64,000 bases of DNA from Prevotella sp. UBA2739 (GCA_002353525.1 DEJV01000005.1:2871-66870); one strand, 5' to 3'; positions 31,071 to 41,149 are shown, counted from the stretch's first letter. The notes: generated by a model from the sequence alone, not told the origin. Made by a program: numbers and translations.

Positions 31071-31439
31071 TCATTTTACCAGGTGCAGCTCCACGCTTGC
31101 ACCGTCGCAATCGGCTCCCATCGGCGGGTTTACCTTGGTCAGCTCAATGTCGACGGAGGTCACTCCAGCCATCTCGTTGAAGATGGACGTGCCGATACGC
31201 CCAGCCACATGCTCCAACAGTGCCGACGGCTGCATCATCTCACGTTTTACCAATGCCAGCAGCTCGGCATAGTTGAGCGTGTCGCTCACCTTGTCGCTCT
31301 GCATGGCCGTTTTGATATCATAGCCCACGCGCACCGTCACCACAAAGTCGCCACCTGTCATGCGTTCCTGCGGCATCACGCCGTGTGTGGCGTGAAACCG
31401 CAGGTTGCGTAGGGTTATGTAGGAACTGGTTACTTTCAT
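31071..31439 (-). CDS. folB: Dihydroneopterin aldolase
   Basis: FHATHGVMPQE, TLNY, LLEHVA, KVNPP. Confidence 0.9.
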   Translation of the reverse strand: MKVTSSYITLRNLRFHATHGVMPQERMTGGDFVVTVRVGYDIKTAMQSDKVSDTLNYAELLALVKREMMQPSALLEHVAGRIGTSIFNEMAGVTSVDIELTKVNPPMGADCDGASVELHLVK

Positions 31440-31442
31440 TTC

Positions 31443-31635
31443 AAGTGAAAAGTTCAACTCAAGTGAAAAGTGAAGAGTGAAAAGTGAAAAGATTCTTCAA
31501 GTGAAAAGTGAAAAGTGACAAGTGACAAGTATGATTACTCTCAAGGCAGAGGCTCCAGCTCGAAAGGTAATCTCTCACCTCTCTCCCCTCACCTCTCACC
31601 TCTCAATTCTCAATTATCAATTATCAATTATCAAC
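31443..31635. repeat. Mixed heptamer arrays (AAGTGAA, TCTCACC, ATCAATT)
   Basis: Three different 7-nt arrays fill the nrdJ-folB junction. Confidence 0.85.
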
Positions 31636-34226
31636 TACCCACACCTGCTGGCACCGCAGTTCTTGCAGATGAGGCATCCTTCCTGATAGACGAGGGTCTC
31701 GTGGCCGCAGACCGGACATTTCTGGCCCTTTGCTTCTGTGCCGTCGGTGATATACTTCTTCAGGGCGCGTTCCACTCCGTTCTTCCAGGTGTTGATGCTC
31801 TCGCTCTTCAGCTGCAGCGAGCTCACCAGCTTGATGACATGCTCTATCGGCATGCGGTAGCGCAGCACTCCCGAGATGAGCTTGGCGTAGTTCCAGTATT
31901 CTGGATTGAACTTCTCGCTCAGTCCCTCCACGGTAGTCTTATATCCGCGCTTGTTCTCAAACTGGAAGTCATAGCGCTTCGTCCCGTCGGGGTTCACCTG
32001 CTTGATAATCTTTCCTTTTGTCACCGACTTGGGCAGCATGATGCCTTCCTCATCGTCTTGCAGACCGGTAAAGATCTCGTAGGGATAACCATCCAGCAGA
32101 CCCACAAAGGCCACCCACTTCTCTTTGTTGTTCTGGAAGCGCACCACGTCGCACTCCAGCACTTGCGGGCGCACCTCCGTCACCTCGGGATGCTTGCAGG
32201 GAGGCGTATCCACCGACGTGGGCATCTCGTTGCCCTCGTTGTTCTCCTTCTTCTTGTCTTTCTTCGACACGCTGATCATCACGCCCGAACGGCTGCCGTC
32301 GCGATAGATGGTACAGCCCTTGCAGCCCGACTTCCAGGCTTCCACATACAGGCGGTTCACCAGCGCCTCGTCCACGTCGTTGGGCAGGTTCACCGTCACG
32401 CTGATCGAGTGGTCCACCCACTTCTGAATGGCTCCTTGCATCTTCACCTTCATCAGCCAGTCCACATCGTTGGCCGTGGCTTTACAATAAGGTGACTTGG
32501 CCACCAGCTCGTCAATCTCCTCTTGCGTATAGCGTTTTTCGGTGTCCAGACCGTTCACGCGCATCCACTCAATAAACTTCGGGTGATAGACGATATACTC
32601 CTCGAACGAGTCGCCCACCTCATCCACAAAGTCCACATGCACGTCGGCGTCGCCTGGGTTCACCTTTCTGCGGCGTTTATATACGGGCATGAACACGGGC
32701 TCAATGCCGCTGGTGGTCTGTGTCATCAGCGAGGTGGTGCCGGTGGGAGCGATGGTCAGACAGGCAATGTTCCGTCGGCCATATTTTGCCATGTCGGCAT
32801 AGAGCTTCCCGTCGGCATCCTTCAGTCGCAGGATGAACGGATTCTTCTCCTCGCGCTTCGCATCGTAGATCTCGAAGGCGCCGCGCTCCTTCGCCATCAC
32901 CACCGACGAGCCGTAGGCTGCCAGCGCCAGCGTGCGGTGCACGTTCACCGAGAAGTCGGTAGCCTCCTGCGTGCCGTAGCGCAGTCCCATGGCGGCAATC
33001 ATGTCGCCCTCGGCCGTGATGCCCACGCCCGTGCGACGGCCCATGCCGCTCTTGCGCTTGATCTTCTCCCACAGGTGATACTCAGCGCCCTTCACCTCCT
33101 GGTTCTGCGGGTCTTCCTTCACCTTCTCCATAATCTGGTCTATCTTCTCCAGCTCCAGGTCCACAATGTCGTCCATCAGCCGCTGTGCCATCGCCACATG
33201 CTTGCGGAACAGCTCGTAGTCGAAGTAAGCCTCCTTGGTAAACGCATTCACCACATACGAGTAGAGGTTAATGCTCAGCAAACGGCACGAGTCGTAGGGG
33301 CAGAGCGGTATCTCGCCACACGGGTTGGTGCTCACCGTGCGGAAGCCCAGGTCGGCATAACAGTCGGGAATGCTCTCGCGCAGAATGGTGTCCCAGAACA
33401 GCACACCCGGCTCAGCACTCTTCCAGGCGTTGTGCACAATCTTCTCCCACAGCTTGCGGGCCGAGATCTCTTTCTGCACAAACACCTCGGCGCTGTCGGC
33501 ATTGCCGTCTACGGGGAACTGCTGCACATACGCGCGGTCGTCGATGGCGGCACGCATAAACTCGTCGTCAATCTTCACGCTCACGTTGGCACCCGTCACC
33601 TTGCCCTCGGTCATCTTCGCGTCGATGAAAGCCTCAGAGTCGGGATGCTTGATGCTCACGCTCAGCATCAGCGCACCGCGCCGGCCGTCCTGAGCCACCT
33701 CGCGCGTACTATTACTATAGCGCTCCATAAACGGCACCAGGCCCGTCGACGTGAGCGCCGAGTTGTTCACCGGCGAACCCTTCGGACGGATATGGCTCAG
33801 GTCGTGGCCCACGCCGCCGCGCCGCTTCATCAGCTGCACCTGCTCCTCGTCGATGCGCATGATGGCACCATACGAGTCGGCATTGCCGTCGAGACCTATC
33901 ACAAAACAGTTCGACAGCGACGCCACCTGGAAGTTGTTGCCGATGCCCGTCATCGGACTGCCTGCCGGCACGATATACTTAAAGTGGTCGAGCAGCTGGA
34001 AGATCTCCTCTGCCGCCATCGGGTTGGGATATTTCTGCTCGATGCGCGCTATCTCATTGGCAATGCGCCAATGCATCTGCTCGGGCGAACACTCGTAGAT
34101 CTTGCCATAAGAATCCTTCATGGCATATTTGTTCACCCACACGCGGGCGGCCAGTTCATCACCGCCGAAATACTGTAACGACGCTGCGTAAGCCTCATCG
34201 TATGAATAAGTTTTTCTCGATTCCAT
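31635..34226 (-). CDS. nrdJ: Class II (adenosylcobalamin-dependent) ribonucleotide reductase
   Basis: LSNCF, TNPCGE, IAPTGT, GCTIYRDGSR, C-terminal CPVCG...CKNCG; no beta subunit nearby. Confidence 0.92.
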   Translation of the reverse strand: MESRKTYSYDEAYAASLQYFGGDELAARVWVNKYAMKDSYGKIYECSPEQMHWRIANEIARIEQKYPNPMAAEEIFQLLDHFKYIVPAGSPMTGIGNNFQVASLSNCFVIGLDGNADSYGAIMRIDEEQVQLMKRRGGVGHDLSHIRPKGSPVNNSALTSTGLVPFMERYSNSTREVAQDGRRGALMLSVSIKHPDSEAFIDAKMTEGKVTGANVSVKIDDEFMRAAIDDRAYVQQFPVDGNADSAEVFVQKEISARKLWEKIVHNAWKSAEPGVLFWDTILRESIPDCYADLGFRTVSTNPCGEIPLCPYDSCRLLSINLYSYVVNAFTKEAYFDYELFRKHVAMAQRLMDDIVDLELEKIDQIMEKVKEDPQNQEVKGAEYHLWEKIKRKSGMGRRTGVGITAEGDMIAAMGLRYGTQEATDFSVNVHRTLALAAYGSSVVMAKERGAFEIYDAKREEKNPFILRLKDADGKLYADMAKYGRRNIACLTIAPTGTTSLMTQTTSGIEPVFMPVYKRRRKVNPGDADVHVDFVDEVGDSFEEYIVYHPKFIEWMRVNGLDTEKRYTQEEIDELVAKSPYCKATANDVDWLMKVKMQGAIQKWVDHSISVTVNLPNDVDEALVNRLYVEAWKSGCKGCTIYRDGSRSGVMISVSKKDKKKENNEGNEMPTSVDTPPCKHPEVTEVRPQVLECDVVRFQNNKEKWVAFVGLLDGYPYEIFTGLQDDEEGIMLPKSVTKGKIIKQVNPDGTKRYDFQFENKRGYKTTVEGLSEKFNPEYWNYAKLISGVLRYRMPIEHVIKLVSSLQLKSESINTWKNGVERALKKYITDGTEAKGQKCPVCGHETLVYQEGCLICKNCGASRCG

Positions 34227-34363
34227 GTGTACGATTATATATTTTTGCCTACAAAGTTACAATGTTTCTTTGACAAAATGAAATACTTCGTGAAGATTTT
34301 TGAGATAAAACTTTCCCGAAATGGAAAAGTTTACTAATTTTGCAAACAAAAAAATCAACCAAA

Positions 34364-35101
34364 ATGGAAACCATACACACTCGCAGAACCATCCGGAAAT
34401 ATTCCGACCAGGAAGTTAGCAACGCCCTCCTCAACCGTCTGCTGACCGACGCCGAGCGCACACAGACCATGGGCAACCTACAGCTCTATAGCGTCGTCGT
34501 CACACGCAGCCCGGAGATGAAGCAACGGCTCGCACCCGCTCATTTCAACCAGCCCATGGTCACCCAGGCACCCGTCGTGCTCACCTTCTGTGCCGACTTC
34601 AGGCGCACCACCGTATGGTGCGACAACCGGCAGGCCGATCCCGGCTACGACAATTTCCTCTCGTTCATCAACGCCGCCACCGATGCCCTGCTCTACTGCC
34701 AGACGTTCTGCAACCTTGCCGAGGCCGAGGGACTGGGTCTGTGCTACCTCGGCACCACCGTCTACATGCCCCAGCTCATCATCGACACGCTGCAACTGCC
34801 GCGCCTGGTGATGCCCGTGGCCACCATCACCCTGGGATGGCCCGACGAGCAGCCGCCGCTCTCCGACCGTCTGCCCCTGGCCGCCATCGTCCACGACGAG
34901 ACCTACCACGACTACACACCCGCCGACATCGATGCCCACTACACCGCCAAGGAGCAGTTGCCCGAGAACCAGGAGTTTGTGCGCATCAACCACAAGCAGA
35001 CGCTCGCCCAGGTGTTCACCGACTGCCGTTACACCCGCAAGGACAACGAAGCCCTCTCTGCCACCTTGCTTGAGACACTCCGCAAGCAAGGACTTATATA
35101 A
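34364..35101 (+). CDS. Nitroreductase family flavoprotein (NfsA-like)
   Basis: RRTIRKY, GLGLCYLG, LGWP, RLP; TAATTTTG at 34335. Confidence 0.88.
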   Translation: METIHTRRTIRKYSDQEVSNALLNRLLTDAERTQTMGNLQLYSVVVTRSPEMKQRLAPAHFNQPMVTQAPVVLTFCADFRRTTVWCDNRQADPGYDNFLSFINAATDALLYCQTFCNLAEAEGLGLCYLGTTVYMPQLIIDTLQLPRLVMPVATITLGWPDEQPPLSDRLPLAAIVHDETYHDYTPADIDAHYTAKEQLPENQEFVRINHKQTLAQVFTDCRYTRKDNEALSATLLETLRKQGLI

Positions 35102-35202
35102 TTGATAATTGATAATTGACAATTGATAATTCTTGAAGACGCGTGGTGATAATTATCCGAAATTCAATTCAATTATCAATTGTCAATTATCAATTATCAA
35201 TT
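35100..35202. repeat. Inverted pair of AATTGAY arrays between convergent genes
   Basis: aattgataattgataattgacaattgataatt ... aattatcaattgtcaattatcaattatcaatt; both neighbouring stop codons overlap the arrays. Confidence 0.9.
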
Positions 35203-36978
35203 AAATTGCACTGCCAGCATCGTCAGGTCGTCGCTCTGCTCAGCGCCACCCACGAAGTCGCGCACGGCGTCAGCCATCTTTCCTATCAGCAGCTCCGGCT
35301 GGTGCTGACGCAGGTCATACTGCGTGTTGGCAACGGCCAGCACCCGCTCCCTGCCAAACAGCTCATGCTCGCTGTTCTCTGCCTCTGTCAGTCCGTCGGT
35401 AAACATAAATATCGTGGTCTGGTGGTCTATCATCGTCTCCTGACACGTATACTTCCTGCCTGGCACCACCCCCACAATGAGGTTGGGGTCGCACGGCAGC
35501 ACACCCACCTGGCGGCCCACCAGCAACGGAGCCTCATGACCCGCATTGCAATAGCGCAGCCTGCCCGTCTTCAGGTCGAGCACACCCAGGAACAACGTCA
35601 CAAACATGTTCGACTCGTTGCCCTCGGTCATCGCCTCGTTCAGCGTCTCCACAATCTTGTCCGGCTCCGGCTCATGTGCCGACACCGTGCGCAGCAGCGC
35701 CCGCGTCATCGCCATCACCAAGGCCGCAGGCACACCCTTGCCCGCCACGTCGCCAATGCAGAAAAACAGATTGTTGTCGCGGATATAAAAGTCGTAAAGG
35801 TCGCCGCCCACAGCCCTCGCTGCCGCCAGCGTACCATAAATATCGATGTCGTCGCGGTCGGGATAGGGCGGGAAAATCTTCGGCAGCATCGACATCTGAA
35901 TGCCGCTGGCAATCTTCAGCTCGTTCTCCATCGCCGCATTCTGCATCCTCACCGCCTGCAGGTTCTTAAAGCCGCGAACCGCACGGCTGATAATCAGTCC
36001 TATCAGCGCCAGGCCCGCCAGCATCAGCACAAACAGGCCGAGGCCCACGCGCCGCAGGCTCTTGAATACCTCCTTGTCGGGGCACACCACCGCCATCGAC
36101 CAGCCTGTCTCACCGTCCACGGGAGCAAAGAACACATAGTTCTTCTCGCCTTTCTCGTTGGTCACCACCGTCTGTCCGCTCTTGCCCTCCATCATCTCGC
36201 GGTTGATGCGCTTCGCCGTCGTGTCCTTCATCTTCGACGTCACCTCCTGAATAGAGCGTCTCATCACCAGGCTCTCCTCCGGACAAGCCATCATCTGACC
36301 CGTGCGCGAGATCACCAGGTTGTACGACGACGGATAGATTGGCCGTGCGTTGATCACGCCGCCCAGCCAGTCCAGCGATACGTCGGCGCCCATCACCGCC
36401 ACCGTCCGTCCCTTTGCGTCGTGTATGGGTATGGTGTAGGTGCAGAGCATCGTCTTCGCCCCCGCCTCGTCGTAGTAAGGCTCCGACCAGCGGCCCTTCG
36501 TCGCCGCCATGCCGTCGATGAACCACTCCGCGTGCAGGTAGTCGTGCGATGCCGACCCTATCTGCGAGGTCTCCATCTTCCCGCCTTCGCGCCGCACCAC
36601 ATAAGGCTCAAACCAGCGGCCCTTCTGCGGGTAGTAGTTCTCCACAAAGGCCACGCCGCATCCCATGATGGCCGTATTCTGCTCCACCAGCCGCCGTGTC
36701 ACCACACAGATTGAGTCCGGCATCCCGAGCGTCTTCTCCACGGTCCACGACATATTTTCCAGAGCCACCTCCACGGCCGTCATCACTTTCTGTATCTCCA
36801 GGTTCTTCACCTGCAGTTCGGCTTTCGCCCTGTGCTCCACCTCCTCGCGGATGCCTTTACTGGCAAAGATATACTGCACCGCCGACGTCACTCCTATCAG
36901 CACGGCAGCCGTGATGATAATCGCCAATGTCGACTTTGCCTGTAGCGAATGCCGCCACTCATTCAAGTGTAAATTCAT
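35197..36978 (-). CDS. Cache-domain sensor with SpoIIE/PP2C phosphatase
   Basis: Two TMs around WSEPYYD Cache region; VGGDLYD, GDVAGKG, NAGH, FTDGLTE, DDLTML. Confidence 0.9.
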   Translation of the reverse strand: MNLHLNEWRHSLQAKSTLAIIITAAVLIGVTSAVQYIFASKGIREEVEHRAKAELQVKNLEIQKVMTAVEVALENMSWTVEKTLGMPDSICVVTRRLVEQNTAIMGCGVAFVENYYPQKGRWFEPYVVRREGGKMETSQIGSASHDYLHAEWFIDGMAATKGRWSEPYYDEAGAKTMLCTYTIPIHDAKGRTVAVMGADVSLDWLGGVINARPIYPSSYNLVISRTGQMMACPEESLVMRRSIQEVTSKMKDTTAKRINREMMEGKSGQTVVTNEKGEKNYVFFAPVDGETGWSMAVVCPDKEVFKSLRRVGLGLFVLMLAGLALIGLIISRAVRGFKNLQAVRMQNAAMENELKIASGIQMSMLPKIFPPYPDRDDIDIYGTLAAARAVGGDLYDFYIRDNNLFFCIGDVAGKGVPAALVMAMTRALLRTVSAHEPEPDKIVETLNEAMTEGNESNMFVTLFLGVLDLKTGRLRYCNAGHEAPLLVGRQVGVLPCDPNLIVGVVPGRKYTCQETMIDHQTTIFMFTDGLTEAENSEHELFGRERVLAVANTQYDLRQHQPELLIGKMADAVRDFVGGAEQSDDLTMLAVQFN

Positions 36979-37322
36979 TCCGATTTTTCTTAGTAGTGAT
37001 TCATTTATTTCGAGAGCCGCAAAGCCCCCTCTTTCCAACCTGCAAAATTATCACTTTTTATTGAAACATCCAAAAACTTTCAGGGGAAATAGCTAAATGA
37101 TGAATGAATGATTTTTCGACAGAGAGTTTTTCGACAAAGAGACAAAGAGACATTTTTAGATCCGACTGAGCGGGTAGACTGACCGGGTAATGATGGCCTG
37201 GCTTGTAGCAGCAACCTCATACATGATTCAAGTATGAGGTTTTCCCTTACAGTCTACCCCTGAACCCTCCTGCCGAACGGATTCTATTTTGAAGTTCAGA
37301 CTACATACATGCCTCACATTAC

Positions 37323-37856
37323 TTTTTCACATTTTCACATTTCACATTTTCACAATTAACTCACATACAAACGCTCCGGCTTACTTTCTGCATGCCCTGC
37401 TCTCGGCTACGACTGAGCGGACAGAACAGGGCAAATCCATTTTTCCACTTTTCCATTTTTCCATTTTTCCATTTTCATCACTTTACAACACACATTAATA
37501 CTCATACATGTCTACTTTATTAAATTATATATTATTATAATATTATATAATTATTCAAAGTAGAGGCTGTTTTACACTTTACCTCCCCCACTGCATTTTT
37601 CGATTCAACCTTTGTAATCTACATTTCTACTAACTAATGTCTACTTTATTAAATTATATATTATTATATATATATTATAATAATATATAATAATATATAA
37701 TTATTGAAAGTGGAGACTATTTAGCAATTCCCCACCCCATTACTTTGCGAATTGGGAAAAGTGGAAAATGGAAAAGTGGAAAAGTGGAAACGCACTGCTC
37801 GGTCCATTCCGGTTGTCTCTTAAATGTGAAAATGTGAAATGTGAAAATGTGAAAAA
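37323..37856. repeat. Large nested inverted-repeat structure enclosing two AT-rich palindromes
   Basis: 36-nt arms 37323-37358 and 37821-37856 (35/36 complementary); inner TTTTCCAY/RTGGAAAA arms; duplicated core at 37508 and 37637. Confidence 0.85.
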
Positions 37857-38092
37857 CTTCATTCTGCGAACTCTCTTTCACACGAATTACCACGAATCAC
37901 ACACGAATTATTCGTGAATAAGAATTTATGGTTAATTCGTGGTAAATTACTGATAATTCGTGTTTATAAAAAAAAAGAAATTTTGCTTTCCATGAATAAT
38001 GTAACAGCCCGGTCAGATTTGCAGCTCGGGCGGATTCTGGGCATAGCTAGCTCGGGCGGATTCTGGGCATAGCTAGCTCGGGCGAATTTGCA

Positions 38093-38212
38093 ATCCGACC
38101 GTTTTGAATATAAGCATTTGCAATGCGATAAAATCTTCCGCTTGCGAACTTTATTTGCCGCATTACAAATGCTCATACTCGGTGCAGTCGGATTGCAAAT
38201 CCGACTGAGCGG
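38093..38212 (+). repeat. ~120-bp REP/REPIN-like element, copy A
   Basis: atccgaccgttttgaatataagcatttgcaatgcg...cagtcggattgcaaatccgactgagcgg; near identical to 39467-39586. Confidence 0.85.
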
Positions 38213-38645
38213 GGCAAATCCGACTGAGCGGAAATTCAGAAATTCAGAATTTGGAAAAGTGGAAATCAAAGCCCCGACTCGTTGATGATGGTAGCCCGAG
38301 TCTTGTAGTTGGAACCACTCTCCCGAATTGGGAGGGTGGTTTTGTCCGCTCGATCGGTCGGATTTGCAGCTCAGGTAGCTCGGTCGGATTTGCAATCCGG
38401 CCGTTATGTCTAAGATGTACACACACTACATTTCTCAAGCAACATTCTGAGATTTTTCGTACGCCCTCTGGCGCCGTAGAATAATGCTCTGCGCGCGCAG
38501 CCGTGCGTTGTAAGGATTTCAGAAAACTTTTCGAAAACCATGCGAAATATCCCGAAAAACGCTTGCAAAACTGCCGTTATATGGCTATCTTTGCAGTAGA
38601 GAACCGATAACCGAATGTCAAACTTTTTAACTAATTAAACCGCTT

Positions 38646-39083
38646 ATGCTAAAGTACAAACTCTATCAAGACAACCGAAAGACCGCCCAGAACAAGGGTT
38701 ACTGGTACGCACGTCCCCACGTGAATCACACCTACGACCTGAACGAGCTGGCCGAGCACATGGCCAACCACAATTCGCCCTACTCGCTGGGTGTCATCCA
38801 GGGAGTGCTCACCGACATGCTGAGATGTATCAAGGAGCTCGTCGAGGATGGAAATGCCGTAAAACTGTCCAACCTGGCCATTTTCTCTCTGGGTTTCCGC
38901 TCTACGGGTGCCCCCAGCGTCAAGATGTACGATGCCGGTAAGAACATCAAGTCGTTCAGACTCCGCGCCCGCGCCACCGGCGATTACACTCCACAGGCCC
39001 TCAAGCAGCGTGTGAAGGTGCGCCAGTACGACGAGTACAAGGTCAGCACCGATGAGCCCGAGACCGAGCCGACTGAGCCTTAA
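38646..39083 (+). CDS. HU-related (histone-like) DNA-binding protein, Bacteroidota type
   Basis: N-terminal KYKLYQ...WYAR extension, helical core, GNAVKLSNLAIFSLG; TATCTTTG at 38586. Confidence 0.8.
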   Translation: MLKYKLYQDNRKTAQNKGYWYARPHVNHTYDLNELAEHMANHNSPYSLGVIQGVLTDMLRCIKELVEDGNAVKLSNLAIFSLGFRSTGAPSVKMYDAGKNIKSFRLRARATGDYTPQALKQRVKVRQYDEYKVSTDEPETEPTEP

Positions 39084-39225
39084 CTGTGAAGAGTGATGAG
39101 TGAACAGTTAACAGTGAATAGTGAAAAGTGCTTCCCTCGCCTTGCTCCAATCCGTTAACTGTTCCTCACTCTCACACTCAACTGAAAACTATTCACTGTT
39201 CACTATTAACTATTCACTGTAAACT

Positions 39226-39318
39226 ATGACAAAAGAAACTTGGAAACTGATTCTTCAGATCATCGTCAGCGTCATCACCGCCATCGCCACCACGCTAGGA
39301 GTCACCAGTTGCATGTAG
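39226..39318 (+). CDS. Smalltalk-family small membrane protein (30 aa)
   Basis: Read by hand: MTKETWKLILQIIVSVITAIATTLGVTSCM; matches the smalltalk pattern usually found next to HU-like genes; below the ORF track cutoff. Confidence 0.85.
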   Translation: MTKETWKLILQIIVSVITAIATTLGVTSCM

Positions 39319-39466
39319 TCAATTGATAATTGATAATTGACAATTGATAATTAGGCCTAGCGGAGTAATCTCAGCACGCTAGCTCAGCTAGCTCGGTCGG
39401 ATTTGCAAATCCGACTGAGCGGGAGAGCTCCCCTAGCTCCGCAAGGCAAATTATCAATTAGCGAAC

Positions 39467-39586
39467 ATCCGACCGTTTTTGAATATAAGCATTTGCAATG
39501 CGATAGAATCTTCCGCTTGCGACCATTTTTCCCGCATTAAAAATGCTCATACTCGGTGCAGTCGGATTTGCAATCCGACTGAGCGG
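39467..39586 (+). repeat. ~120-bp REP/REPIN-like element, copy B
   Basis: Direct repeat of 38093-38212. Confidence 0.85.
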
Positions 39587-39613
39587 AGGAACGGGAACTG
39601 GCTCTTATAAAGA

Positions 39614-39648
39614 AACGAGCGGATGCCCTAGAGGAACATCCGCTCGTT
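39614..39648 (-). terminator. Terminator after the MFS gene
   Basis: Perfect 12-bp stem aacgagcggatg/catccgctcgtt with a T-rich tail on the minus strand. Confidence 0.7.
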
Positions 39649-39679
39649 ATGATATAATGAGAATGATTGATTGCTGGAA

Positions 39680-41149
39680 TTACTCTACCACCACGGGCTT
39701 GTACTTGGGAACGAGTGTCTTCATGACAATCCAGCCGATGAGGTAGGCTACGGCACAGAAGCAGAACACAATCATGTAAGCGGCAGGCTTGCCCTCGTAA
39801 CCCAGGAAGGTGAAGGCTGCACCCTGACCCTCGGCATAGGTGAAGAGGTTACCCGAAACCTTGTTGATGAGCATCGAACCGATACCGCCAGCCATGGCGC
39901 CAATACCGGTGATGGTGGCAATGGTCGACTTGGGGAACATGTCGCCTACGGTAGAGAAGATGTTAGCACTCCATGCCTGATGACCGGCTCCGGCCAGACC
40001 GATGATGATAGCGGGCCACCAAGCGGGGTCGATGGGCGAGTTCTGCCACATGGCCAGCGGCTGGGCAAACAGCGCGAACAGGGGGAAGAAGGCAAAGATG
40101 AGCATGGCGAGCATACGTCCGGCATAGGGGTTCATGCCACGCTTCTCGACAAACAGCTTGGGCAGGTAACCGCCGAAGATGCTGACCACCGTCACGATGA
40201 AGTAGAGGGTGAAGATGAGCAGCTGACCCATGCCTGAGCTGGACTTATAGCCGAACTGGTCGGAGAAATAGGCAGGCGCCCAGAACAGATAGAACCACCA
40301 CACACCGTCGGTCATGAACTTACCCACGATGAACGACCAGGTCTGCTTGAAGGTGAAACACTTGGCAAAGCTGATGGCGGGACCCTCGTCGTTGGCATTC
40401 TTCGGATCGTCGGCGGTGTCGGCATCCTGGTTGATATAGGTGAGCTCGGCGGCGTTGACGTGCTTGCTCTTGTTGGGCTTGTCGTAGACGAACACCCACA
40501 GGGCCATCCACACGAAGCCCAGTCCGCCAATGATGATGAATGCCATCTCCCAACCGAAGGCCTCAGCAAGGGGCGGAATGCTGATAGGGGCAGCCAGGGC
40601 TCCTACCGACGCACCGGCATTGAAGATGGAGGTGGCGAAGGCACGGTCTTTCTTGGGGAAGTACTCGGCGGTAACCTTGATGGCGGCAGGGAAGTTGCCG
40701 CTCTCTCCCAGTGCCAGCACGGCACGGCAGAAGAGGAACAGGTAGACGCTGACGGTGGCAATGCTCAGGGCGGTCATCGAACCGGCCTCGACGGCGCGGA
40801 GGGCGGCAAGTGAGGGCACGCCCTCGATCTTCATGGTCACCCAGCCGCAGGCTGCGTGCATGCAGGCTCCGAGCGACCACACGAAGATGGCCCAGAGATA
40901 GCCTTTCTTGGTGCCCATCCAGTCGATGAACTTACCGGCGAAGAGGCAGAACACGGCATAGAGGATGGAGAACACTGAGGTGATGGTACCGTAGTCGGCA
41001 TCGGTCCAGTGGAACTCGGGCGCAATGAAGTCCTTCCACGTGAGCGAAAGCACCTGACGGTCCATGTAGTTGACTGTTGTTGCGAAAAACAACATGGAGC
41101 AGATAATCCAACGGTAGTTGGTCATCTTTGATGTTTGTACAGGATTCAT
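39680..41149 (-). CDS. MFS transporter, hexuronate (ExuT)-like
   Basis: YRWII...NYMDRQ, ESGNFPAA, SIFNAG, WWFYLFWAP. Confidence 0.85.
   Translation of the reverse strand: MNPVQTSKMTNYRWIICSMLFFATTVNYMDRQVLSLTWKDFIAPEFHWTDADYGTITSVFSILYAVFCLFAGKFIDWMGTKKGYLWAIFVWSLGACMHAACGWVTMKIEGVPSLAALRAVEAGSMTALSIATVSVYLFLFCRAVLALGESGNFPAAIKVTAEYFPKKDRAFATSIFNAGASVGALAAPISIPPLAEAFGWEMAFIIIGGLGFVWMALWVFVYDKPNKSKHVNAAELTYINQDADTADDPKNANDEGPAISFAKCFTFKQTWSFIVGKFMTDGVWWFYLFWAPAYFSDQFGYKSSSGMGQLLIFTLYFIVTVVSIFGGYLPKLFVEKRGMNPYAGRMLAMLIFAFFPLFALFAQPLAMWQNSPIDPAWWPAIIIGLAGAGHQAWSANIFSTVGDMFPKSTIATITGIGAMAGGIGSMLINKVSGNLFTYAEGQGAAFTFLGYEGKPAAYMIVFCFCAVAYLIGWIVMKTLVPKYKPVVVE

Noticed and set aside
34227-34363. Cobalamin riboswitch upstream of nrdJ
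   Set aside because: The intergenic region is under 140 nt, AT-rich and holds divergent promoter motifs; no B12 box seen.
37172-37259. Fluoride or SAM-II riboswitch, or a known ribozyme
   Set aside because: Only a superficial GGTAATGATG resemblance; downstream conserved elements are missing and no suitable gene follows.
37964-38484. ORFs of 64-152 aa in the HU upstream region
   Set aside because: They are read-throughs of REP-like palindromes; the same peptide (MLILGAVG) recurs at 39543 from the second copy.
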